A stretch of DNA of 26,182 nt from Candidatus Omnitrophota bacterium (GCA_043821065.1 JBDRDE010000078.1:1-26182); one strand, 5' to 3'; counted from the first letter of the stretch, positions 16,434-24,152 are shown. Program-made: numbers and translations. The notes: generated from the letters alone by a model not told the origin.

Positions 16434-17963
16434 TTAATCTTTATTTTTGATATAAGCCTTTATTATCTTCGCTTCCCCCGTAGGCTTCTTGCCCGCATCT
16501 ACAGGGAGCTCCTCTATTTTTTCCACAACGTCATATCCGGATATTACATGTCCGAATATCGTATGCTTCTTATTAAGCCAGGGTGTCTCCTTTGTAGTTA
16601 TAAAGAACTGGCTCTGATTTGTATTCGGCCCTGAATTGGCCATCGCCAGGATCCCGGGCTTATCGAATGTGAGGTCGTCGCTCACCTCATCCACGAAAGG
16701 CTTGCCCCATATGGACTCTCCGCCGGTACCTGTAGCTGTGGGGTCGCCCCCCTGTATCATAAAGTCTTTTATGACCCTATGGAACAGGATGCCGTCATAA
16801 TACCCTTTTTCCACCAGCCCTATAAAGTTCTCACAGGCATAGGGCGCCTTGTCACAGAACAACTCTAGCTCTATTATACCATGATTTGTCTCTAAGGCAA
16901 GCGATGATTTAGACTTAAGCCCGTCTATCTTCTGCGCCTGCCGCTCCTGCCAGACGAAATCCTTATAGCCGGCCCGCTTGAAGAGGTCCTCGAAGTACTC
17001 TTTTGCTATCGAGCGCTTTCTATACATCGTCATTGTGTTCTTATAGTATTCTTTCTTCTTTTCGTCATACTTCTCCATGTCGGCTTCTTTTTTCTGTAAA
17101 AGCCTGAAGACCGCGTTGCCGTAAAAGTACTTCGCTGGTATGAAATTGCCGTTTTCGTGCTCTAGTATACGGTAAGCGTCCTCCTTGGGTATCTTCCAAA
17201 GGTCTATGAGGGCCTCTAGAGACATGGTGTTTATCCAGGAAGCCCCTTTCTGCCCGAGCGGCTTCTTCTCGTCCCACATCTCTTTCCAGAGAGCCGGCTT
17301 GGCCGTGAACTTCTTCGCGTGCTCTTTCGCCTCGTCTTCAGTATCAAAGTTTATATATTCGGACTCAAAAGAGTTATACTGGTTTTTGAATTTCTGCAGC
17401 ATCTCGTCTTCGGTGACAGTGATCTCCGGATTGCCCTTCTCAGAGAGGAATTTATTTACTATGAGGAGGTCCTCTATCCTCCTTTCGAACGTGGCTGTAT
17501 CCTCTCTCAGGTTCTCTTGGGGCCACATTCTGTACGCGTCCGTACCGTACTCTACGTCCTTCTCCGCCATAAGGCGCGTGAGTTGTTCCTTTAGCTCCTC
17601 ATTTGATACGGTGACCCCAAGCTCTCCGGCTTCATGTCTATACACGAGGTTCTGCCAGGCCTCCGCACGCACCTCCTCTTCATCCCTATCCTCGATACCT
17701 GTGCGCGTAAAGATGGATGAAGTGATAAGGTAATAATGGAACTCCCGGGCGGTCACCGGCTTGCCGAACGCCTCGCCTATTATGTTGGGGTCCCGCTTTT
17801 GGGGCTCCTGCGCAGCAACGGTGGTCGAACACAGGGCTAGGAGTGTCATTGCGAGGAGCCCCCGCTTACATGCGGCGACGAAGCAATCTAGGACGTCCTG
17901 GATTGCTTCGTCGGCCCGTAGAAAACTAGGCCTCCTCGCAATGACAGTGTGGCGGCTACTCAC
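16434..17963 (-). CDS. Exported foldase: SurA/PrsA-like N-domain fused to a cyclophilin-type PPIase
   Basis: SurA-N-like segments (GKPVTAREF, EAGELGVTVSNEEL, ITVTEDEM). Complete cyclophilin domain (APYACENF, YYDGILFHRVIKDFMIQGGDPT, GILAMANSGPNTNQSQFFIT, WLNKKHTIFG). GTG start coupled to the upstream TAG (TAGTG). Confidence 0.88.
   Translation of the reverse strand: MSSRHTVIARRPSFLRADEAIQDVLDCFVAACKRGLLAMTLLALCSTTVAAQEPQKRDPNIIGEAFGKPVTAREFHYYLITSSIFTRTGIEDRDEEEVRAEAWQNLVYRHEAGELGVTVSNEELKEQLTRLMAEKDVEYGTDAYRMWPQENLREDTATFERRIEDLLIVNKFLSEKGNPEITVTEDEMLQKFKNQYNSFESEYINFDTEDEAKEHAKKFTAKPALWKEMWDEKKPLGQKGASWINTMSLEALIDLWKIPKEDAYRILEHENGNFIPAKYFYGNAVFRLLQKKEADMEKYDEKKKEYYKNTMTMYRKRSIAKEYFEDLFKRAGYKDFVWQERQAQKIDGLKSKSSLALETNHGIIELELFCDKAPYACENFIGLVEKGYYDGILFHRVIKDFMIQGGDPTATGTGGESIWGKPFVDEVSDDLTFDKPGILAMANSGPNTNQSQFFITTKETPWLNKKHTIFGHVISGYDVVEKIEELPVDAGKKPTGEAKIIKAYIKNKD
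17845..17945. repeat. ~101-bp nested palindromic repeat, copy 1 (in frame in foldase N-terminus)
   Basis: 14-bp terminal IR GTCATTGCGAGGAG/CTCCTCGCAATGAC; inner IR GACGAAGCAATC-TAGGACGTCCTG-GATTGCTTCGTC. Confidence 0.95.
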
Positions 17964-18490
17964 TATTCCTTCTCCTTCTCAACGATCTTTATCGTGATAG
18001 GCTTGGATTTGATCTTCTCTTTAAAGGCGTCGATCCCTATCTCCTTACCGAAGACATTCTGATAGACAGCCGTGATCTTATATTTACCGGTTTTTTCAAA
18101 ATCGAAGAGGTGTTTTATGCCCTGTTTTCTTTCGCGCTCTATCTCACCGCCCGGCTCGAGCAGGATAAAGTGGTCGGTCCTTGGGAGGCCCGTCTCATAA
18201 GATGTCTTATAGGCGAGCTCCTCTCCTTCTGGAGATATCACGGATAGATATATATCTTTTTGGTCCGCGGGGGCTTCCTTTGAGCTTAGATACATCCTGT
18301 TATTGACATAGACAGGGTCCTTGCCTTTATTCTTGAGCTTGAATGTGAGGCTGATGGGCTCGCCCAGGGTATACTCATCCTTATCCGCAAAGACTATAAG
18401 CTCTACGCTTCCCGCAGCATAAAGCCTGCCGGTATAGCAGAAAAGAAGAGTCGTAGTTATAAGAAGGCCTATTAAAAACCTGTAATACAT
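17963..18490 (-). CDS. Exported hypothetical protein, probable beta-sandwich (Ig-like) domain
   Basis: Signal peptide ending LYA; DKDEYTLGEPISLTFKLKN...; GKYKITAVY; alternating beta-strand pattern. Confidence 0.7.
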   Translation of the reverse strand: MYYRFLIGLLITTTLLFCYTGRLYAAGSVELIVFADKDEYTLGEPISLTFKLKNKGKDPVYVNNRMYLSSKEAPADQKDIYLSVISPEGEELAYKTSYETGLPRTDHFILLEPGGEIERERKQGIKHLFDFEKTGKYKITAVYQNVFGKEIGIDAFKEKIKSKPITIKIVEKEKE

Positions 18491-18500
18491 ATAATAAATA

Positions 18501-19568
18501 TTACCTTATTCTATCCTGCTTTATGTTGTCGAACGTCTCCCATGTAAGAAGATACTTCTTTACCCAGTCTACATCTTTATCGTTGCTCTCGGCGTATCTC
18601 AGATAATGCCTGAAGTGCTCTATGGCTTTAGCCCTGTCAGCAAAATACTCGCCGTAAATATAGCCCAGGTTGAAGTGCGAATGCGCGTCCTTTGGATTGA
18701 TCTCCGTAGACTTGACGAATTCGGATATTGCCCTCTTGTACTCTTTGCTGTTTGTATAAAATACGCCGAGATTGTAGTGCATCTGGGCCGTCTCTCTAAC
18801 AAGCTGCTTGTTCTGCCTCGCCATCTCTGAGAACTTCCGCGGAAGGTCTCTGGCTTCGCGCACGAGATCTTTATTCTTCTTCTCTGCCTCCATGAACTTG
18901 CCTTTATACTCATCACCGCTTATGCGAAGCGCGGCTATCCTCTTCTCGGCCTTTCCCAGATCTCTCTCGTGTTTGCGCGTCTCGCGCTTTGCCTTCTTAA
19001 ATTCGCTCTGGAGCTTCTTATATTCTTTCTGTAACGCGGCTAGTTTTACTTTGTTCTTCTTCTCCAGGTCTGTGACTTTGCGCTTGTAATCCTCTTCTAC
19101 CTCTTTCGCCTGGGTCAGACCCTGGGCGGCCTTCTTCTTCTCCAGTTCGGCTTTCTGATCATCCAACGCCGCTTGCTGCGCCATCTTTTCCGATTTCAGG
19201 CTGTCGATCTCGGCCTGGAGCTCCAGCTCTCGCTTCTCGATCTCCATCTTTTCTTTATCGAAGAGCTTCTTCATCGTCTCGAACTTCTCCAAAGCCGCCT
19301 TGCTCTCTTCGGACCCGCTCTTCTCGGCAATGAGTCGTTTCGTCTGCACGAGGAGGTTATTGCGATCTTTCTCCACGGCTTTGTACTTTAAAGAGAGCTC
19401 TTCAAACTTCCGATCCATATCGCTCTTCTCTTGCTGTATCGCTGCTACATCGATGGCAGGCTTGGCCTTCTTTATCTTCTGTGACTTATTTGCGAAATAT
19501 ATAAGCCCGGCGCCTTCGGCGAATATAAAGACTATTATCAGTATTATTAATATCTTAAATTTATCCAT
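18501..19568 (-). CDS. Membrane-anchored coiled-coil protein with C-terminal TPRs
   Basis: N-terminal TM, long K/E-rich heptad region, HYNLGVFY and HFNLGYIY TPRs. GGAG RBS before ATG 19568. Confidence 0.8.
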   Translation of the reverse strand: MDKFKILIILIIVFIFAEGAGLIYFANKSQKIKKAKPAIDVAAIQQEKSDMDRKFEELSLKYKAVEKDRNNLLVQTKRLIAEKSGSEESKAALEKFETMKKLFDKEKMEIEKRELELQAEIDSLKSEKMAQQAALDDQKAELEKKKAAQGLTQAKEVEEDYKRKVTDLEKKNKVKLAALQKEYKKLQSEFKKAKRETRKHERDLGKAEKRIAALRISGDEYKGKFMEAEKKNKDLVREARDLPRKFSEMARQNKQLVRETAQMHYNLGVFYTNSKEYKRAISEFVKSTEINPKDAHSHFNLGYIYGEYFADRAKAIEHFRHYLRYAESNDKDVDWVKKYLLTWETFDNIKQDRIR

Positions 19569-19584
19569 CGCGGTCTCCAATCTC

Positions 19585-19686
19585 GTCTTTGCGAGGAGCT
19601 ACTGTTGGCACATGGCGACGAAGCAATCTAGGATGTCTTAGATTGCTTCGTCGGCCTATGCGTTAACAATGCCTTCTCGCAATGAC
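19585..19686. repeat. ~102-bp nested palindromic repeat, copy 2 (intergenic)
   Basis: GTCTTTGCGAGGAG...GACGAAGCAATC-TAGGATGTCTTA-GATTGCTTCGTC...CTCGCAATGAC. Confidence 0.95.
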
Positions 19687-19690
19687 AGGG

Positions 19691-21577
19691 TTAATTCTTT
19701 TTATCGTCGGCATCATATGCCCTATATGGCTTCATCATCTTCTCTGGCTCTGACTTCGGCATATCGAATCCTGCGTCTTCGGTGAATCCGGGGTACTCCC
19801 TGTAATCCTTGCCTGACTCATGCTTCTTCTTTCTGTCATCTTCGCCTGTAACCAGTGAATCTCCTTCAACTATAGTGGGTGTTATCATTATCATCAGCTC
19901 AGCCGTATCCACTCCATCCGAGCTCGTTCTGAAGAACCTCCCTACAAGGGGCAGGTCGCTTAAAAACGGGACCCCGCTTTTGGCCACAGTCTTCACATCA
20001 CGGCGCAGGCCTCCGATAATAATAGTGGCGCCGTCTTTGACCAGGACAGTGGTCTCCGCGGTCGATGTATCGATGATCGGTATCTGGTTGCCGGTAGGTG
20101 TTATGAGGGTATCCGTAACAGCCGATATCTCAGGTTTTATCTTCATCCTTATGTAACCATCGTCGTTTATGGTTGGCGTGACAGCGAGTTGTATGCCGAC
20201 ATCCACGAATGTGACCTCTTCAGATACGGTCGTCGTCGTCTGGCCGGTCGTTGTGGTCGTTGTAACATAGGCCTCGCGCTGCCCCACATGTATCCTCGCC
20301 TCCTGGTTGTTAATAACGGCTATCCTTGGGTTAGAGAGAAGCTGAGTATTTCCTACGGTCTGCAGCCATCTAAAGAAGAGGTCGAAATCCCTGTTCCTAT
20401 TTATTATACCTACATGCATCGACTCCCCGGGCGCAACCTGCGAACTTGAGTTCAGGTCGTCCGTCGTACCGCTAAAAGGATAAGAGCCTATGTTATTATC
20501 TAAGGCATCCGTCACCTGGGTCCTTGTCCTGAAGGCGTCGCCGGCAGCCTGGATAGCGGCAAAGGGCGTGGAACCAAAATATGTAAGGCCGTATTTTATT
20601 CCTACGTTAAAGAGCCCTTCCCACCTGAACTGCCAATCCGTGCCGTCAATAAACCTGACGTTTATGATCCGGGAGTCTATCAGGACCGATTTGGTCTTCT
20701 GATCGAGAGCCTCTATGAGCTTCTCGATCTCGCTCATCCTGTCCGGGAGGGCCTGCACTATAACGAGGTTCTCGCGCTCGTCCGCCTTTATCGTACCGAC
20801 CTTCTTGGCGTCTAGGCGGCTCCTGAGCTGCTCTTCGACATCTATAGCCCTGGCGTACTTGAGCTCGAATACGGTAACGATATTCTCTTTATCGAGCGTC
20901 ATGAGGGCGTTTTCGATCGTCCTGATATTCTCCGGAGTATCCATTACAAGGGCCGTTCCCGAATCAGGCTCAACGAGCACCCTGCCTATGTCGCTCTTCA
21001 TCGTATCGAGCAATGTGAACGCCTGTTCCGGTATAGCGTACTTCAGCCTGAATATCCTGACTTCGCGCATGTCGGAAAACTTCTTCCCCACCAGTCCCCT
21101 ATACTCATCTTCGGACATGATATTATATATTTCGCCCTGTTTCAGGTACGCCAGTTCGTTCGATCTGAGCATTATGTCGAAGACATCCTTTACGAAAACA
21201 TCCTGTACCGATAACGTGATCCTTCCGGAGACCTTCTTTGTCGTGATTATATTGAGCCTCGCTTTTGTAGCCAAGAACTTCAAGGCGTCGTTTATATCGA
21301 TATTGCGCAAATCGAGAGAGATCTTGCCTTCCATGCCTTCGTCTATAAAATCGACCTGGGCACCGCCAAGCGCCGATTCGTCGGTCAAGGCCTGTGTCAA
21401 ATAGGCGCCATCATCCTGGGCGTAGACAGCGGTGCATAGGAACAGTACGAGAACCGAGAACGTCATTGCGAGGAGCCACTGTTTAGATACAACGACGAAG
21501 CAATCTAGGACATCCTGGATTGCTTCGTCGGCCTGTAGAAAACTATGCCTTCTCGCAATGACAGTATTATTACTCAT
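19691..21577 (-). CDS. Outer-membrane secretin, GspD/PilQ family
   Basis: STN/N0-like ISLDLRNIDINDAL, two N-domain repeats (xFxLKYA), C-domain LLSNPRIAVINNQEARIHVG, DVGIQLAVTPTI, TVLVKDGATIIIGGL, GVPFLSDLPLVGRFF. ATGA overlap with the upstream gene. Confidence 0.93.
   Translation of the reverse strand: MSNNTVIARRHSFLQADEAIQDVLDCFVVVSKQWLLAMTFSVLVLFLCTAVYAQDDGAYLTQALTDESALGGAQVDFIDEGMEGKISLDLRNIDINDALKFLATKARLNIITTKKVSGRITLSVQDVFVKDVFDIMLRSNELAYLKQGEIYNIMSEDEYRGLVGKKFSDMREVRIFRLKYAIPEQAFTLLDTMKSDIGRVLVEPDSGTALVMDTPENIRTIENALMTLDKENIVTVFELKYARAIDVEEQLRSRLDAKKVGTIKADERENLVIVQALPDRMSEIEKLIEALDQKTKSVLIDSRIINVRFIDGTDWQFRWEGLFNVGIKYGLTYFGSTPFAAIQAAGDAFRTRTQVTDALDNNIGSYPFSGTTDDLNSSSQVAPGESMHVGIINRNRDFDLFFRWLQTVGNTQLLSNPRIAVINNQEARIHVGQREAYVTTTTTTGQTTTTVSEEVTFVDVGIQLAVTPTINDDGYIRMKIKPEISAVTDTLITPTGNQIPIIDTSTAETTVLVKDGATIIIGGLRRDVKTVAKSGVPFLSDLPLVGRFFRTSSDGVDTAELMIMITPTIVEGDSLVTGEDDRKKKHESGKDYREYPGFTEDAGFDMPKSEPEKMMKPYRAYDADDKKN
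21462..21562. repeat. ~101-bp nested palindromic repeat, copy 3 (in frame in secretin N-terminus)
   Basis: GTCATTGCGAGGAG...GACGAAGCAATC-TAGGACATCCTG-GATTGCTTCGTC...CTCGCAATGAC. Confidence 0.95.
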
Positions 21578-22248
21578 TTAAGCTCCGCCTCCGCGCCTTC
21601 GTAGCTCAATATCACTTTATCCTGGGATATCGCCTGGACTTTCAATTTTCCTATCATCTGACCCCTCTTCACAAAGAATGTCCGCACTGCCTCTGTATCT
21701 TCTATCATGGCGTCCGGGTTGCTCGACCATGATATACCGACAAGCCTTAGGTTCTGCATAAGCTCCCTTATAGTCTCCTCAGCCGGCTCCACGTTAACTA
21801 CTTCCTCTACAACGGTTATGTCGGTCGTGCCCATCCTGAAAATATTCCTTTCGATCACCTTTTCCGTGTAGTATGAGACGGCCCTTAAAGGCGATACCGC
21901 GGGAAAGGCCGCCGATTTAAGGGCATCTTTCGTTCCTGCAGCCAGGTTCGGCAGCGTTTTCATATTATATATAGAGTCGTAAAGCGTAAACGAGAAATAC
22001 CCGATAAGGGCGGTGATCGAAAGAATGAGCATCCTATTTACAGACTTGATATCGAACTGCCTCACACCCGCGCCTTTTGACAAGCCGTCTTTGAAGAAGA
22101 AGAACCTGCCCTTCCACGCGCCCGGGGAGAAGAGCCCGGGGCCCCTCTTTCTTGCCGCCTTGCCTTTTACAGACGCCCCTGATGCGCCGTCTTTTTCAAG
22201 GAGCTTTAAAAGTTGTTTTTCTGGAGTACTGCGTTCTTTCTGTGCCAT
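21574..22248 (-). CDS. GspC/PilP-like inner-membrane component
   Basis: Single TM, RNIF motif, then LRLVGI.W...AMIED......VKRG..I...KVQAI..DKVIL, an HR-domain-like pattern; directly upstream of the secretin. Confidence 0.7.
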   Translation of the reverse strand: MAQKERSTPEKQLLKLLEKDGASGASVKGKAARKRGPGLFSPGAWKGRFFFFKDGLSKGAGVRQFDIKSVNRMLILSITALIGYFSFTLYDSIYNMKTLPNLAAGTKDALKSAAFPAVSPLRAVSYYTEKVIERNIFRMGTTDITVVEEVVNVEPAEETIRELMQNLRLVGISWSSNPDAMIEDTEAVRTFFVKRGQMIGKLKVQAISQDKVILSYEGAEAELK

Positions 22249-23075
22249 CCCGCCCTTTTCTCTTCCTCGACTATCTCTCTAACAGATATGGCGTCAACCA
22301 CGTATCTGTTCCGCAAAACGACGTTCTTAAGCGCCTTGTGACACAGCATCGTGATCTGCCTGGGGTAGCCGCGGCTCTGCTCGTGTATCTCCCTGATGGC
22401 ATCATCCAAGAAGAGCTTCATATTTGCCTCGTAACCCGCCTGTCTTATGCGAAACTCTATCATCTCTTTTGTCTCTTTGAGGTCAAGGGGGTTGAGCGTG
22501 TATTTAAAACTTATACGGTCGAAGAAATTTGGTATATCTATTATCTTTGAATACAACTCAAGCTGTCCCAAGAGGACCAACTGCAGAAGCTTGAATTTGT
22601 TAGTCTCGTAATTTAATAGGACGCGCAGGACCTCGAGAGAGGTATGGTCCAGCTTCTGGGCCTCATCGATGATCAATGTAACGGTCTTATCTTCTGTAAC
22701 GCCTTTCTGAAATAGAAATCTCTCCAATGCTTCTCTAAGGTCCAGTAAAGTGAGCGGCTCACTGTTGTTTATATTAATATCGAAGTTTCTTGCCAGGGAT
22801 GTCAAAAACATCTGCTCGTTCTCGAAGGATGGGTCCAGGATAATATGGAAGACAATATCGTCCCTCTCCTTCAGCTCATGTATCAGCTTTCTTGTAAGGC
22901 TCGTCTTCCCCGTGCCGACATCACCCAGGATAACGGATAGGCCCCTTTTGAGCCTAAGCTCTATAAGTATATTTGTCAGCGCCGCCTCGTGCTCTTTAGA
23001 CAGATAGAAGAACTCAGGGTCCGGGCTTGTCGAGAAAGGCTCTTTATTGAATGTCAATACTTTATAGTAGCTCAT
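22206..23075 (-). CDS. exeA: ExeA/GspA-family AAA ATPase
   Basis: EPFSTSPDPEFFY, Walker A GDVGTGKT, Walker B LIIDEAQ, LVLLGQLEL, SRGYPRQI. Confidence 0.9.
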   Translation of the reverse strand: MSYYKVLTFNKEPFSTSPDPEFFYLSKEHEAALTNILIELRLKRGLSVILGDVGTGKTSLTRKLIHELKERDDIVFHIILDPSFENEQMFLTSLARNFDININNSEPLTLLDLREALERFLFQKGVTEDKTVTLIIDEAQKLDHTSLEVLRVLLNYETNKFKLLQLVLLGQLELYSKIIDIPNFFDRISFKYTLNPLDLKETKEMIEFRIRQAGYEANMKLFLDDAIREIHEQSRGYPRQITMLCHKALKNVVLRNRYVVDAISVREIVEEEKRAGWHRKNAVLQKNNF

Positions 23076-23090
23076 ATATGATATAGAGTG

Positions 23091-23173
23091 TTGCGGTTAT
23101 CGGTTTGCGGTTAGCGGTGTGCGGTGTGCGTTTTTTGATATACGCTAACCGCGAACCGCAAACCGCGAACCGA
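23091..23173. repeat. Inverted array of imperfect heptamers (NNGCGGT x6 / NAACCGC x4)
   Basis: ttgcggt tatcggt ttgcggt tagcggt gtgcggt gtgcgtt ... taaccgc gaaccgc aaaccgc gaaccga; the arms pair in register. Confidence 0.9.
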
Positions 23174-23189
23174 GACATACTGTTAGCAA

Positions 23190-23450
23190 TCATATGCCTA
23201 TCAACTTCTTGCGTATCAGCCGCAGGGAGTACCCCTCCCCCAGCATCTCCTTTATCTTCTTTAAGCGCCTATGGACGAGGCGCCTGTCGTAGAACCGCAC
23301 GTTCCCCTTCTTCTGCGGGACAGGCAGCAGGCCGAAGTCGGTATAGTGGTTGACCGTCTGGTAAGAGAGCTTGAACTTGGTCATTATCTCTTTAACAGAG
23401 AACGCGCCGTTGTTTAGCCTCTTCACTTTTGACACCATCTTCTTCGTCAT
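23190..23450 (-). CDS. Small HTH-only MerR-family DNA-binding protein (~86 aa)
   Basis: FSVKEIM...LSYQTVNHYTDFGLL......GNVRFYD...L..I..ML..GYSL..I pattern; no effector domain. The track's TTG start at 23528 is the -35 box. Confidence 0.8.
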   Translation of the reverse strand: MTKKMVSKVKRLNNGAFSVKEIMTKFKLSYQTVNHYTDFGLLPVPQKKGNVRFYDRRLVHRRLKKIKEMLGEGYSLRLIRKKLIGI

Positions 23451-23499
23451 TATTTGGTATATACCGGAGTGATTGTAGTTATGGTAACCATTGTTAACT

Positions 23500-23528
23500 A
23501 GTTTACCTGAGATTTTAGCAAAAGTCAA
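23500..23528 (-). promoter_or_regulatory. sigma70-type promoter for merR-like/exeA/secretin operon
   Basis: Minus strand TTGACT (23528-23523), N17, TAAACT (23505-23500). Confidence 0.6.
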
Positions 23529-23566
23529 GGGCAGGGCAAGGTCGATTGACTCATAAAAACAAATGC

Positions 23567-23744
23567 GGTTACAAGGAGTTACGAACGGCGCGGAAAGCGG
23601 ATGTTGGTTACGAATGGTTACGAACAGCTTGAAAGTCGATGTTAGTTACGAATGGTTACCGTAACACTTTAGTAACCCTTAGTAACTCTACCTATTTGCA
23701 CCAGTTCGTAACTTTTCGTAACTTTTTCGTAACTTTTCGCAACC
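23567..23744. repeat. Inverted array of ~10-bp GTTAC/GTAAC repeats nested in ~38-bp units
   Basis: GTTAC at 23568, 23578, 23607, 23617, 23645, 23655; GTAAC at 23661, 23672, 23682, 23708, 23718, 23729, plus GCAAC at 23739; symmetry centre near 23660. Confidence 0.9.
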
Positions 23745-23756
23745 TAATTAATTTTC

Positions 23757-24149
23757 TTACTCTTTCTTAAGCTTCTTATGTCTCCTCAGTGCCGTCTCAA
23801 GAAGCGGGAGCGCGTCCTCGAAGTTCTCTCCCTTGTAAAAAACACCCGCAACATTATAGGATGTGAGCTCTCTGGCTTTTGGATCGTTTATATAGGCGCT
23901 TATAACTATAATAGGTACGTCTTTATTGAACCTCCTTATTCTCTTTAGTACCTCTACGCCGTCAAGGACAGGCATGCGCAGATCTAAAAATATTGCGTCA
24001 GGCGGATCCTTCTTGACGGTCTCTACAGCGCTCTTACCATCTGTCGCCGTAGTGACAGTGTACCCTTTCGACTTAAGCCAGAATGTCATAAGCTGCCTGA
24101 AGTCGGCTTCGTCGTCTATCATCAGGATCTTTATATCCTTGTTATCCAT
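23757..24149 (-). CDS. Single-domain response regulator (receiver only)
   Basis: ILMIDDE, IFLDLRMPVLDG (phospho-Asp), IVISA, FYK. Confidence 0.92.
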   Translation of the reverse strand: MDNKDIKILMIDDEADFRQLMTFWLKSKGYTVTTATDGKSAVETVKKDPPDAIFLDLRMPVLDGVEVLKRIRRFNKDVPIIVISAYINDPKARELTSYNVAGVFYKGENFEDALPLLETALRRHKKLKKE

Positions 24150-24152
24150 AAT

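Noticed and set aside
17761-17997. Plus-strand ORF containing VIARS...ATKQS...LLAMT (also 19300..19641)
   Set aside because: Antisense read-through of the palindromic repeat; a typical spurious ORF with no RBS or operon context.
20228-20266. Thr-rich run in the secretin as a repeat or glycosylation signal
   Set aside because: Thr/Gly-rich loops at this position are ordinary in secretin C-domains, and the codons are mixed, not a DNA repeat.
17845-21562. The 101-bp repeats as a CRISPR array
   Set aside because: Copies are 1.7-1.9 kb apart and separated by genes; there is no repeat-spacer periodicity and no cas gene in the window.
23451-23528. Long N-terminus of the MerR-like ORF
   Set aside because: The TTG is the first triplet of a -35 box and the region contains the promoter.
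23567-23744. GTTAC array as a mini-CRISPR or replication origin
   Set aside because: The 38-bp units are adjacent without unique spacers and half the array is inverted; I found no DnaA boxes (TTATCCACA) or rep/dnaA gene.
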